Shown here piece by piece: positions 8,877 through 18,330 of a stretch of 64,000 nt of DNA. Source of the DNA: an uncultured Bacteroidales bacterium (GTDB lineage: Bacteria; Bacteroidota; Bacteroidia; Bacteroidales; Bacteroidaceae); assembly GCA_902773055.1 (NCBI GenBank), contig CACYCZ010000078.1:9482-73481 (forward strand). The letters run 5' to 3'. A model generated the notes under the pieces. It was not told the origin of the DNA. It did not search any database and was given only the letters and a program-made list of their open reading frames with translations. The position numbers and the translations under genes were made by a program. Numbering within the stretch: the stretch's first letter is position 1; each line of letters starts with the position of its first letter.

Positions 8877-10053
8877 TTTTCTTACAACGTAAAGTGATGA
8901 CATTTATTTCCGGCCATGCACCGAAGCGGAAATTGAGCAACGCCTCGCCTATACCCTTGCTGACAAACAGACAGCGTTTCTCCTCTCGGTAAAGGCCACC
9001 CCATTCCTTGTAAGCCCATGCCGCGGGAGAATAATGGCCTATCTGCAACTGACATGCATGGCTGTGGCCTGAGAGGGTCAACTGTATGTCGGTATCAGGC
9101 AGGACCCTGCGTTTCCAGTGGGTCGGGTCATGGCTTACCAATATCTTGAAAAAGGACTGATGGTGCAGGCTATCGGGTACTCCTGCCAACGCCTTGCCCA
9201 AATCGCCGAGAGAAGGAAACGGCGGGTTGCCATCGTTTTCCACTCCGACAACGGCGATGCTGTCGGTATCGCGTGCGACAACCGACGAGGCATTCAGCAA
9301 AAGTTTCCAACCAGACTTTTCGATGAGGCCTTCCAACTCCTGTACACTGCGGCGGCATGCCTCAGGTGATGACCATTTGCGGTGTACCTGATAGTCATGA
9401 TTACCCATGACGGCATATACTCCATCAGGAGCATGGAGCCGCTCCATTTCCTTGATAAACGGCTGTAATTCACGGGGGTCATAATTAATAAGGTCGCCGC
9501 CAAACAGGATGATGTCTCCTTGCTCTTTCATCAGGGCTTCGGTCACCTTATGAGGAAATGTCGCATCCGTAGCATATGTCCCAAGATGGAAGTCTGAAAA
9601 AAACACAATACGATAGCCGTCAAAGGAGGCCGGCAAGTCATCAAAGGTAAGTTCCTCCTTCGTTACCCTGAGATGATAGATACCTTTGTTGTAACCATAG
9701 CAGCAGACAACTGCCAGCAGGACACAGCATGCTACAGACAGGACTATGACTGTCTTTTCGGCATAGGCTATCCGCCTGAGCATTCTTCCGACGAGACATC
9801 CGAGAGCCATTATCATTACCATTGCCGCACTGCCCAGAATGACTATCGTAGCAAATCCGACAGCCTTATACTCCTCTGGCGAGAATGTGCGATGGGCAAC
9901 AAGTGACATACCCCATAATGGTAACAGCACACCGGGCAAGAAGGCCACTGCCTTCTTCCAGAAAGGCTTCAGCATGTTCCTGAACCGCCACACCAGAAGG
10001 AGTGTCGACAACAGAAAACAAGGTAGCAATATCGTAAAAATGTGCAGCAGCAT
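8860..10053 (-). CDS. Membrane-anchored calcineurin-like metallophosphoesterase
   Basis: An N-terminal multi-TM region is followed by the motifs FFSDFHLG, FGGDLINY, VMGNHDY and LSGHSHA. Confidence 0.75.
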   Translation of the reverse strand: MLLHIFTILLPCFLLSTLLLVWRFRNMLKPFWKKAVAFLPGVLLPLWGMSLVAHRTFSPEEYKAVGFATIVILGSAAMVMIMALGCLVGRMLRRIAYAEKTVIVLSVACCVLLAVVCCYGYNKGIYHLRVTKEELTFDDLPASFDGYRIVFFSDFHLGTYATDATFPHKVTEALMKEQGDIILFGGDLINYDPRELQPFIKEMERLHAPDGVYAVMGNHDYQVHRKWSSPEACRRSVQELEGLIEKSGWKLLLNASSVVARDTDSIAVVGVENDGNPPFPSLGDLGKALAGVPDSLHHQSFFKILVSHDPTHWKRRVLPDTDIQLTLSGHSHACQLQIGHYSPAAWAYKEWGGLYREEKRCLFVSKGIGEALLNFRFGAWPEINVITLRCKKNENTI

Positions 10054-10080
10054 TGTATTCTATATCTATTTTCGGTTGCC

Positions 10081-10971
10081 TCAGAAACTAATATTGGACG
10101 TCAGGAATTGCTTCATTCTTTTTTCCGGCAAGCCACGCCGACGGCTATAATCCCTGAACTGATCTTCCCCTATTTTGCCTACAGCAAAATAGCGTGCGGC
10201 AGGATGGGCTATCATTAAGCCGCTCACCGCAGCGTGGGGCATCATGGCTCCATTCTCCGTCACCCGGATACCTATCACCCCCATGTCTATCAAGTCATTG
10301 AGGATAAAGTTAACACTCTGGTCAGGCAGCGACGGGTAACCAACGGCCGGTCGGATACCCTGAAATTTTTCAGCCAGCAATGCAACTACGGGCAAGTCCT
10401 CCCCAGGGGCATACCCCCACAGTTCACGTCTCACCTTCAAATGGGCCATTTCTGTTGCCGCCTCTGCCAGACGGTCGCTCACGGCACGAGCCATCAGGCT
10501 AAGATAACTGTCATCTGCATAACTGTCTTCCATCTCCTGAGGTACTGCCGTCGCAAAGACACCTAAGCGGTCCTTGGGACCACTTCCTGCAGGACGGATG
10601 AAATCACTCAGACACAAATCAGGGTTGTCGGCTGTCGCAGGATGCTGTTGGCGCAGACATGGCAATAACATTGTCCGCTCTTCATCAAAAATAAGGATAT
10701 CATCCCCCTCTGAACTGGCATCATACAATCCTACACGGCATCTTATCTCATATTTATCATCAAATTCTCCGACCATGGCTAAAGCCTCCTGATACAATCG
10801 CCGGCCTTCCTGCACCAGCAGTAAATGCCGTCCGTCATGGTCTTCTGTCACGTCGTTGCCATTCACTATGGCAGGAACCAGATTGGCTGGAATCTGCCAA
10901 AGATGGAAGAAATAATGCCAATTGATAAACGGCACTGCCTCCCTTACGTGGTATGTCAGCGTATGAAGCAT
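10081..10971 (-). CDS. Stand-alone methionine synthase (MetH) reactivation / AdoMet-binding domain protein
   Basis: FQGIRPAVGYPSLPDQ resembles the MetH activation-domain motif GIRPAPGYPACPEH. At 296 aa the length fits that domain alone. Confidence 0.65.
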   Translation of the reverse strand: MLHTLTYHVREAVPFINWHYFFHLWQIPANLVPAIVNGNDVTEDHDGRHLLLVQEGRRLYQEALAMVGEFDDKYEIRCRVGLYDASSEGDDILIFDEERTMLLPCLRQQHPATADNPDLCLSDFIRPAGSGPKDRLGVFATAVPQEMEDSYADDSYLSLMARAVSDRLAEAATEMAHLKVRRELWGYAPGEDLPVVALLAEKFQGIRPAVGYPSLPDQSVNFILNDLIDMGVIGIRVTENGAMMPHAAVSGLMIAHPAARYFAVGKIGEDQFRDYSRRRGLPEKRMKQFLTSNISF

Positions 10972-11033
10972 TTGTAAATATCTAATTCATGCTTACCCGT
11001 TGCCTCCTTCACTGAAGGCCAACGGTGCGCATC

Positions 11034-11774
11034 TCATTTTTTCCTGGCCAGTTTTCTTGACAGCCTCAACTGTATGACGCCCCATACAGCCTCACCGAAT
11101 ATACTGCTGCTCATCTTGCTTGTTCCCAACCTGCGGTTGATAAAGATGACAGGGACCTCCTTTATTTTGTATCCCAGTTTATAAGCCGTATATTTCATCT
11201 CAATCTGGAACGCATAACCCTTGAAACGGATGGCATCCAGGTCAATGGCTTCCAACACCCTGCGGTTGTAGCAAACGAAACCTGCCGTAGTATCACGCAC
11301 CGGCAAGCCGGTAACGATACGTACATATTTGGAAGCATAATAACTCATCAGTACGCGCTGCATAGGCCAGTTGACGACATTGACTCCGGTGATATAGCGT
11401 GACCCTATCGCCATGTCGTTCCCTTCATCGCGACATGCTGCCAGCAGACGCGGAACATCATTGGGGTCATGGCTGAAATCGGCATCCATTTCAAATATAT
11501 ATTCATATCCCTGCTCCAAGGCCCATTTGAAACCTGTGATATAGGCTGTACCCAGCCCCAACTTGCCACTGCGCTCTATGATAAACAGGTGGTCCTTGAA
11601 TTGTTCTTCCTGCATCATATCCTTCACGATAGAGGCCGTGCCGTCGGGTGAGTTGTCATCAATAATCAGAATATCAAGTTTCTCATCCAATTTAAAAATT
11701 GCATGGATGATGTTGCTGATATTCTCCATTTCGTTATACGTGGGAATGATGATAACGTTCTTGTCTGTCTGCAT
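11034..11774 (-). CDS. GT2 polyprenol-phosphate mannosyl/glucosyl-transferase (Dpm1-like)
   Basis: Motifs are IIIPTYNEMENI, ILIIDDNSPDGT and EMDADFSHDP. Confidence 0.8.
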   Translation of the reverse strand: MQTDKNVIIIPTYNEMENISNIIHAIFKLDEKLDILIIDDNSPDGTASIVKDMMQEEQFKDHLFIIERSGKLGLGTAYITGFKWALEQGYEYIFEMDADFSHDPNDVPRLLAACRDEGNDMAIGSRYITGVNVVNWPMQRVLMSYYASKYVRIVTGLPVRDTTAGFVCYNRRVLEAIDLDAIRFKGYAFQIEMKYTAYKLGYKIKEVPVIFINRRLGTSKMSSSIFGEAVWGVIQLRLSRKLARKK

Positions 11775-12052
11775 AATCTTCGTTTTTTACGTTCTTGGGA
11801 AAACAAAGATACGTTTTCTTCCTCAGACAACCAAGCCCAAGGCCTGTTTTTTTTCCTTTTTCCTGATATGGAGACAAAATCACCATGCAGTATTCTGAGA
11901 CAGATTTGATTTTGGCAGGACAACCACACCGGCACATAGGTTGCCGACACGTCACTGACACTACAGGAAAAAGCCCGGGAGTCATCATTTTCATTCTACA
12001 GAATTCACAATTAATTATTAACATTATCTTTTACTTCTCTCCACCACCCCTC

Positions 12053-12144
12053 CAGAAGGGCTTACAGAGGGGGTAAATCTGGCAGGCCTGTGCGTTTTCA
12101 CTGGCAGGCCTGCCAGATTCAACGCGCAGGCCTGCCGGTGAAAA
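12053..12144 (+). repeat. ~90-bp intergenic element with three CAGGCCTG palindromes phased at 22 bp (copy 1)
   Basis: GG|CC centres lie at 12086/87, 12108/09 and 12130/31. The middle site is the perfect 16-bp palindrome CTGGCAGGCCTGCCAG. The element aligns by eye at about 70-75% with the reverse complement of 31766..31855. Confidence 0.75.
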
Positions 12145-12343
12145 CGCTCTGGGCAGAGAAAAAAAACTCCTGACCCGGCAGGCCGGGAAATGCCATTTTT
12201 GAGCCATAAGCACAACACTTATTAACATCTGTTAACAGAATTTCAGAAACACAGGCGCCGGCTTCATTCTACGTACAGAAAGGACTGCCGGAGAAAGCAG
12301 AGAAAAGGAAGATGGAAAAAAGAGCAGAAATGATTATTTTTTT

Positions 12344-12351
12344 TATCTTTG
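12344..12351 (+). promoter_or_regulatory. Bacteroidota -7 box TATCTTTG (TAnnTTTG) upstream of the PHP phosphoesterase gene
   Basis: It is an exact TAnnTTTG match about 36 nt upstream of the ATG at 12387. Confidence 0.4.
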
Positions 12352-12386
12352 CATTTTCAGAATATATACCAAAAAAAATAACAACA

Positions 12387-13535
12387 ATGAAAAGATTACT
12401 GCTGACATGGGCAACACTGTGCCTGACAGGACTGCTGGCACTCGCCCAAGTGCCCCATAGGATGGTTATTCCTGACGTAGCGGGCTACAAGACCCTGAAG
12501 GGTGACATGCATATCCACACCGTATTCTCAGACGGCTCTGTATGGCCGACCACACGCATTGACGAAGCCATGATGGAAGGACTTGACTTTATAGCCATTA
12601 CAGACCATATGGACGAACGGCTGCAAAAACAGAAGCAGAAAGGACTGATGAACAACGACAGAAACGACTCCTACAAAATTGCTGCTGCAAGAGGCAAGGA
12701 GAACGATGTCCTGGTAATTCACGGCGGAGAGATTACACGCGGCATGCCTCCCGGTCACTTTAACACAACATTTATCAGCGACGGCAACGCCATAGCAAAA
12801 GCCATTGATGCTGAAACTGACGACTACAAAAGCATGGATGCCGGGCTCCGGGTTGCCCGCGAGCAAGGCGGTTTTCTTGTATGGAACCACCCTCATTGGT
12901 CTCGCCAGGCTCCCAACGGAGCCAAATGGTATGACGAACATACCAAGTTGCTGAAAGCCGGACTGATGCAGGGCATAGAAATATTCAACCAGTTTGAAGG
13001 GGTTTGCAAAGAGGCTTTCCACTGGGCCGTGACCCACGGACTGACCATCGTCTCCGGAACAGATGCCCACCAGCCGCTTTTCAAGTGGATGGACATGACC
13101 ACAGAGTTGCGCCCCGTGACACTGGTATTTGCCAAGGAGAGAACGGAACAGGCCATACACGAGGCCCTGCTGGCTCACCGCACAGCTGTATTTGCCGAGG
13201 GCAAGGTCTACGGCACGAAGGAGAACATACTGCCCCTGAACGAGGCCGTACTGACTGTGAAGAAAGCCAACTTCTCTGAAAAGAAAGTCAAGGTAGTACT
13301 CCATAACAGCAGTTCAATCCCCATCATACTGACCAAGGCTCCCGGAGGAGAAGCCTACATTTACCCAACCTATATATTGCTTCAACCATTTGGAGACTAT
13401 GCCTTTGACCTGAGCATGACGGACAGGGACAAGCCCCTCGACAAAACATCCATAGACATGCCGTTCAGGATAGAAAACTTCTATACCGATGCCGACGTGG
13501 CATTGCTGAGAACCATCAGAGTAAGCAAGAAATAA
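12387..13535 (+). CDS. Secreted PHP-domain phosphoesterase (Sb-PDE-like)
   Basis: I place the start at MKRLLLTWATLCLTGLLALAQ (signal peptide). PHP metal motifs GDMHIHTVFSDGS and IAITDH are present. Confidence 0.65.
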   Translation: MKRLLLTWATLCLTGLLALAQVPHRMVIPDVAGYKTLKGDMHIHTVFSDGSVWPTTRIDEAMMEGLDFIAITDHMDERLQKQKQKGLMNNDRNDSYKIAAARGKENDVLVIHGGEITRGMPPGHFNTTFISDGNAIAKAIDAETDDYKSMDAGLRVAREQGGFLVWNHPHWSRQAPNGAKWYDEHTKLLKAGLMQGIEIFNQFEGVCKEAFHWAVTHGLTIVSGTDAHQPLFKWMDMTTELRPVTLVFAKERTEQAIHEALLAHRTAVFAEGKVYGTKENILPLNEAVLTVKKANFSEKKVKVVLHNSSSIPIILTKAPGGEAYIYPTYILLQPFGDYAFDLSMTDRDKPLDKTSIDMPFRIENFYTDADVALLRTIRVSKK

Positions 13536-13598
13536 CAACGGGAAATACAAAATACCACCGTCCATTAATAAGAAATCCATACACAGAAAGCTGAAAAA

Positions 13599-16500
13599 AT
13601 GAAATCATTATTGGCCACAGCCATCATGCTGGTATCACTGCTGCCGGCAAAATCAACCACACCGATGTGGATGCGCTACGTTTCCATATCACCACAAGGC
13701 GATGCCATTGCCTTTACCTATAAAGGAAGTATCTACCGCACAAGCGTCCAGGGAGGCGAAGCCGTCAGGCTGACCTCAGGACAAAGCTATAACAGAGACC
13801 TGATATGGAGCCCTGACGGCAAGGAAATTGCCTTTGCCAGTGACAGAGGCGGAAGTTTTGATGTCTACGTCATGTCGTCAAACGGCGGCGAGGCACGGCG
13901 TCTGACCACCCTGACAGGCAACGAATTCCCGACGGCATGGACCCCCGACGGCAAAAACGTCCTGTTTCAAGCTGCCATACAAGACCCTGCCAAGAGTGTA
14001 TTGTTTCCAAGGGCCGTATACTCAGAACTATATGCCATTCCAGCCAAGGGAGGTATGATATCTCAGATCCTCGCCGTTCCGGCTGAGAAAGTATGCTATG
14101 ACCCCAAGGGAGAATTTCTTCTCTACCAAGACGTAAAAGGAATGGAGGACAAATTCAGGAAGCATCATACATCCTCAGTCACACGAGACATCTGGAAATA
14201 TGATATCAAGACCAAGAAACATACCAACCTGACCCAGCGCGGCGGTGAAGACAGGAATCCCGTCCTGTCGCCCGACGGCAAGGAAATATATTTCCTCAGC
14301 GAGCGCAACGGGAACAGTTTCAATGTCTATGCCATGGGGACAGAAGCCGGCAGTCAGGCAAAGGCTTTAACCCAGTTCAAGACCCACCCGGTAAGGTTCC
14401 TGACAATCAGCAAGGGGGGAATCCTGTGCTACACCTATGACGGTGAAATATACACACAGGCCGGCGCTTCCGCATCACCACGCAAAATCAGCATCACGGT
14501 AAACGACGACACAGAGCCCCGGCCTTCACTGGTATCGGTAAGCGGCGGGCTGAGCAGTTCTGCCATATCCCCCAATGGGAAGGAAGTAGCCTTTGTGCAC
14601 CGCGGTGAAGTGTTCGTCACCTCCATGGACTACACCACGACGAAACGCATTACCAACACCGTTGCTGCCGAGCGCACCGTGACATGGGCCGACGACAGGA
14701 CACTGGTCTATGCCAGCGAGCGCGATGGACTATGGCAACTCTACAAAGCCACTATTGCCCACAAAGACGACCAGAATTTTGCCAACGCTACCGTAATAAA
14801 GGAAGAACATATCCTGGCATCCAACACAATAGAACGGGCTTATCCCCAGTTCTCGCCCAACGGCAAAGAATTGGCATTTATAGAGAACAGGGACAAACTC
14901 ATGGTAATGGACATGGCTTCTAAGAAAGTACGCCAAGTTACTGACGGAAGCCAGTGGTTCAGCACCTCAGGAGGGTTTTCCTACAGCTGGAGCCCCAATG
15001 GAAAATGGTTTGCCCTGGAAATGATAACCAACGGGCATGATCCCTACAGCGACGTAGCCATAGTAAGTGCACAAGGAGGCAAAGTGACCAACCTGAGCCG
15101 CAGCGGATATTTCAGCGAATCACCCTGCTGGACAGCCGACGGCAATGCCGTTGTATTCCTGACCGACCGCTACGGAATGCGCAGCCATGCATCATGGGGT
15201 TCATTGAGTGATGTCATGATAGCATTTGTCAACCAAGACGCTTATGACAAATTCCAACTGAGCAAGGAAGACTATGAATTGCGTAAGGAACTGGAGAAAC
15301 AGCAGAAAAAAGACAAAGAAGAGGCTGACAAGAAAAAAGCAAAAGACAACAAGGACAAGAAAGAAAAAGACAAGAAAGACAGTATAAAGGCCGAGCCGGA
15401 AGTACAGATAGAGCCTGACGGCATAGAAGACCGCATTGTCAGGATTACACGAAACTCAGACATGGTGGTCAACTGCATCGGAGCAGCCGACAACAAAATA
15501 TACTATTTCGTCAACGAAAGCGGTGGATGCAACGTATACTGCTACAACCTTATTACTAAGGAGCGCAAATCCGTAGGCTCAATCCCTGACGGCAGTGTCA
15601 GCGTATCCAACAGCAAAGATTTCAAGACAATAGCCTGTGTCGGCTATCAGCATATCAGGAAACTTGAAACCGCCGGCGACAAGCTTTCCAATGTCAGCTA
15701 CAGCGGAAGCTATTACCTGGACCACGCAGCCGAGCGTGAGTACATGTTCAACCATGTATGTCTGCAAGAAAAGAAACGTTTCTACAATGTCAACATGCAC
15801 GGTGTAGACTGGGACAAGATGTGCTCTGCCTACCGCAAGTTCCTGCCTCATATAAGCAACAACCGGGATTTTGCCGACCTGCTGGGCGAACTGCTGGGCG
15901 AACTGAATGTATCACATACCGGCGGACGCTATTATCCGGACTCTCCCGCCTTGACGACAGCCAACCTGGGACTGCTGTACGATTGGAACTATACAGGAAA
16001 GGGAATGAAAGTTGACGAAATCGTATGCGGTGGCTCCTTTGACCATAAGAACACCCGGATGAAAGCCGGTTGCATAATTGAGAAAATCAATGACAAGACC
16101 TTTGAAACCAACAGTGAATTCTACAGCATAATGGAAGGACTGTCGGGCCACAAAACCAGCGTAGGTATATACAACCCGGCGACAGGCGAACACTGGACAG
16201 AAGTAACCCTGCCCATCTCCGACAGAAAATTAACTGACCTGCTCTACAAACGCTGGACAAAACACTGTGCTGAAGAGGTTGAGCGCTTGTCAAACGGACG
16301 TCTGGGATATGTACACATCAAATCAATGGACGACGCATCCTACCGCACCGTATACAGTGACATCCTCGGCAAATACAACACCAAGGAAGGCATCGTCATT
16401 GATACACGCAACAACGGAGGCGGCAGACTGCACGAAGACATCGAAGTGCTGTTCAGCGGTGAGAAATACCTGACCCAAGTCGTCCGCGGCAAAGAAGCCT

Positions 16501-16859
16501 GCGACATGCCCAGCCGACGCTGGAACAAGCCCAGTATCATGCTGCAATGCGAGGCAAACTACAGTAATGCCCATGGTACACCCTGGGTATATAAATACAA
16601 GAATATCGGCAAACTGGTTGGAATGCCTGTACCAGGCACCATGACATCTGTATCCTGGGAAACCCTGCAGGATCCATCTCTTATTTTCGGAATACCCATA
16701 ATCGGCTATAAGACGAAAGATGGCTCATATTTGGAGAACTCCCAATTGGAACCCGATTTCAAAGTAAGCAACGCACCTGAAGATATTGTCGAAGGACGAG
16801 ACGCTCAGCTGGAAACAGCAGTAAGAGAATTGCTTAAACAAATAGATAACAAACACTAA
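13599..16859 (+). CDS. Tricorn-protease-like S41 peptidase (TolB/PD40 beta-propellers + PDZ + S41 domain)
   Basis: It has a signal peptide and repeated SPDGKEIAF/SPNGKE PD40 motifs. The C-terminal region contains IDTRNNGGGRLHEDI, an S41-type motif. It is 1086 aa long and has a K/E/D-rich insert at about 15290-15400. Confidence 0.85.
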   Translation: MKSLLATAIMLVSLLPAKSTTPMWMRYVSISPQGDAIAFTYKGSIYRTSVQGGEAVRLTSGQSYNRDLIWSPDGKEIAFASDRGGSFDVYVMSSNGGEARRLTTLTGNEFPTAWTPDGKNVLFQAAIQDPAKSVLFPRAVYSELYAIPAKGGMISQILAVPAEKVCYDPKGEFLLYQDVKGMEDKFRKHHTSSVTRDIWKYDIKTKKHTNLTQRGGEDRNPVLSPDGKEIYFLSERNGNSFNVYAMGTEAGSQAKALTQFKTHPVRFLTISKGGILCYTYDGEIYTQAGASASPRKISITVNDDTEPRPSLVSVSGGLSSSAISPNGKEVAFVHRGEVFVTSMDYTTTKRITNTVAAERTVTWADDRTLVYASERDGLWQLYKATIAHKDDQNFANATVIKEEHILASNTIERAYPQFSPNGKELAFIENRDKLMVMDMASKKVRQVTDGSQWFSTSGGFSYSWSPNGKWFALEMITNGHDPYSDVAIVSAQGGKVTNLSRSGYFSESPCWTADGNAVVFLTDRYGMRSHASWGSLSDVMIAFVNQDAYDKFQLSKEDYELRKELEKQQKKDKEEADKKKAKDNKDKKEKDKKDSIKAEPEVQIEPDGIEDRIVRITRNSDMVVNCIGAADNKIYYFVNESGGCNVYCYNLITKERKSVGSIPDGSVSVSNSKDFKTIACVGYQHIRKLETAGDKLSNVSYSGSYYLDHAAEREYMFNHVCLQEKKRFYNVNMHGVDWDKMCSAYRKFLPHISNNRDFADLLGELLGELNVSHTGGRYYPDSPALTTANLGLLYDWNYTGKGMKVDEIVCGGSFDHKNTRMKAGCIIEKINDKTFETNSEFYSIMEGLSGHKTSVGIYNPATGEHWTEVTLPISDRKLTDLLYKRWTKHCAEEVERLSNGRLGYVHIKSMDDASYRTVYSDILGKYNTKEGIVIDTRNNGGGRLHEDIEVLFSGEKYLTQVVRGKEACDMPSRRWNKPSIMLQCEANYSNAHGTPWVYKYKNIGKLVGMPVPGTMTSVSWETLQDPSLIFGIPIIGYKTKDGSYLENSQLEPDFKVSNAPEDIVEGRDAQLETAVRELLKQIDNKH

Positions 16860-16871
16860 AAGCATCAGCCG

Positions 16872-17756
16872 ATGAAAACTACAATTTTGACAATCTGCAT
16901 GGTATTGACGGCAATATATGCCCATGCTGGAAAAATCGTAACAGACAGTATTGACAGCAAGATCCTCAATACAACAGTAAAATACAACATCTACCTGCCA
17001 GACAGCTACTCTCATAAAAATGCAAAATACCCCATACTATACCTGTTACATGGACTGAAGGGTACATATGAAACTTGGGACAAATATGGCCTTACATGGG
17101 TTGCAGACCTGAAGATGCACAGCCGTGAAGTACGGGAGATGGTCATTGTGATGCCCAATGCCGGCGGGCCGCAGACAGACAAAATACGCAACGGGTATTT
17201 CAATGTCGAGGGCTGGAATTACGAAACTTTCTTCTTTGAAGAATTCATGCCTGAAGTTGAAAAGAAATACAACATTATCGCAGACAAGGGCCATCGCGCC
17301 ATAAGCGGTCTGAGCATGGGTGGCAGTGGTACTGTTACCTATGGACTGCATCATCCGGAACTTTTCTGCGCCTGCTATGACATCAGCGGCTGGGTGGGCA
17401 TGTACGACAAGGAGCACGGAGGTATCTTCAGAACCGACTGTCCGGAACCCCAGCGCAAAGACTACAGAAGCGACATAGAATACGCCACCCATAAATCGGT
17501 ATGGGACAATCGCCCTATACCCTATCTGGAACAAGCCTCGCTGGAGAAACTCGCACAACTGAGGACTGTCAGGTGGTATATCGATGTCGGCGATGACGAC
17601 ATCCTTCTTGAACCTAATGTAGACCTGTTCCTGTCCATGCGCAAACACAAGATAAAATGTGAGTTGCGCGTACAGGATGGCGTACACAATCGCGAATATT
17701 GGTACAAAGCACTCTATACAATGCTGCCCTTCGTAAGCGAGAGCATGGATAAATGA
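16872..17756 (+). CDS. Secreted alpha/beta-hydrolase 'putative esterase' family protein
   Basis: It has a signal peptide. YPILYLLHGLKGTYETW and the nucleophile elbow GLSMGGSG are present. Confidence 0.7.
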   Translation: MKTTILTICMVLTAIYAHAGKIVTDSIDSKILNTTVKYNIYLPDSYSHKNAKYPILYLLHGLKGTYETWDKYGLTWVADLKMHSREVREMVIVMPNAGGPQTDKIRNGYFNVEGWNYETFFFEEFMPEVEKKYNIIADKGHRAISGLSMGGSGTVTYGLHHPELFCACYDISGWVGMYDKEHGGIFRTDCPEPQRKDYRSDIEYATHKSVWDNRPIPYLEQASLEKLAQLRTVRWYIDVGDDDILLEPNVDLFLSMRKHKIKCELRVQDGVHNREYWYKALYTMLPFVSESMDK

Positions 17757-18298
17757 AAACAAGGACAGCAAGACTGATGAAATTAATGATAGAATACGAC
17801 AGAGGAGACAACCTGCGTATTCATCACCTCTTGAAAGTCCACAATCTGGCCGTCACTATAGGACAGTTGGAAGGCGTTGACCAATCAACAATGGATATCA
17901 TAGAAGCAGCAGCTATTGTCCATGATATAGGAATTCATTCGCAAGAACAAAAAAACGGTTCCGCTGAAAGCTGCCTGCAAGATACCGAACGGGCTGCAGA
18001 GGCACGGATGCTGCTGAAACGGGCAGGAGGTTTTTCTGACAATGAAATAGAGCGAGTTGCCTGGCTGACAGGAAACAGCCATGACTATTCAGCCATTGAC
18101 AATATAGATTCTCAAATACTGGCAGAAGCCGATTTCCTTGTCCGCATCAATGAAAACAACATTTCTTCAGACACTATAACAGAGATTGGCCACACCATTT
18201 TCAAGACTAAAACAGGACGTGAACTGATGGATGCCATGTATGGAGGATCACCATGGAGTGCGGCTCCGCAAGATAAAAGATGCCAGTCTTGTTGCTGA
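17753..18298 (+). CDS. HD-domain phosphohydrolase
   Basis: H...HD signature (HHLLKVHN.., AAIVHDIG). Its ATG overlaps the esterase stop (ATGA). Confidence 0.65.
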   Translation: MKTRTARLMKLMIEYDRGDNLRIHHLLKVHNLAVTIGQLEGVDQSTMDIIEAAAIVHDIGIHSQEQKNGSAESCLQDTERAAEARMLLKRAGGFSDNEIERVAWLTGNSHDYSAIDNIDSQILAEADFLVRINENNISSDTITEIGHTIFKTKTGRELMDAMYGGSPWSAAPQDKRCQSCC

Positions 18299-18330
18299 TC
18301 AATAATAAATAAAATTACAAAACATTATCA

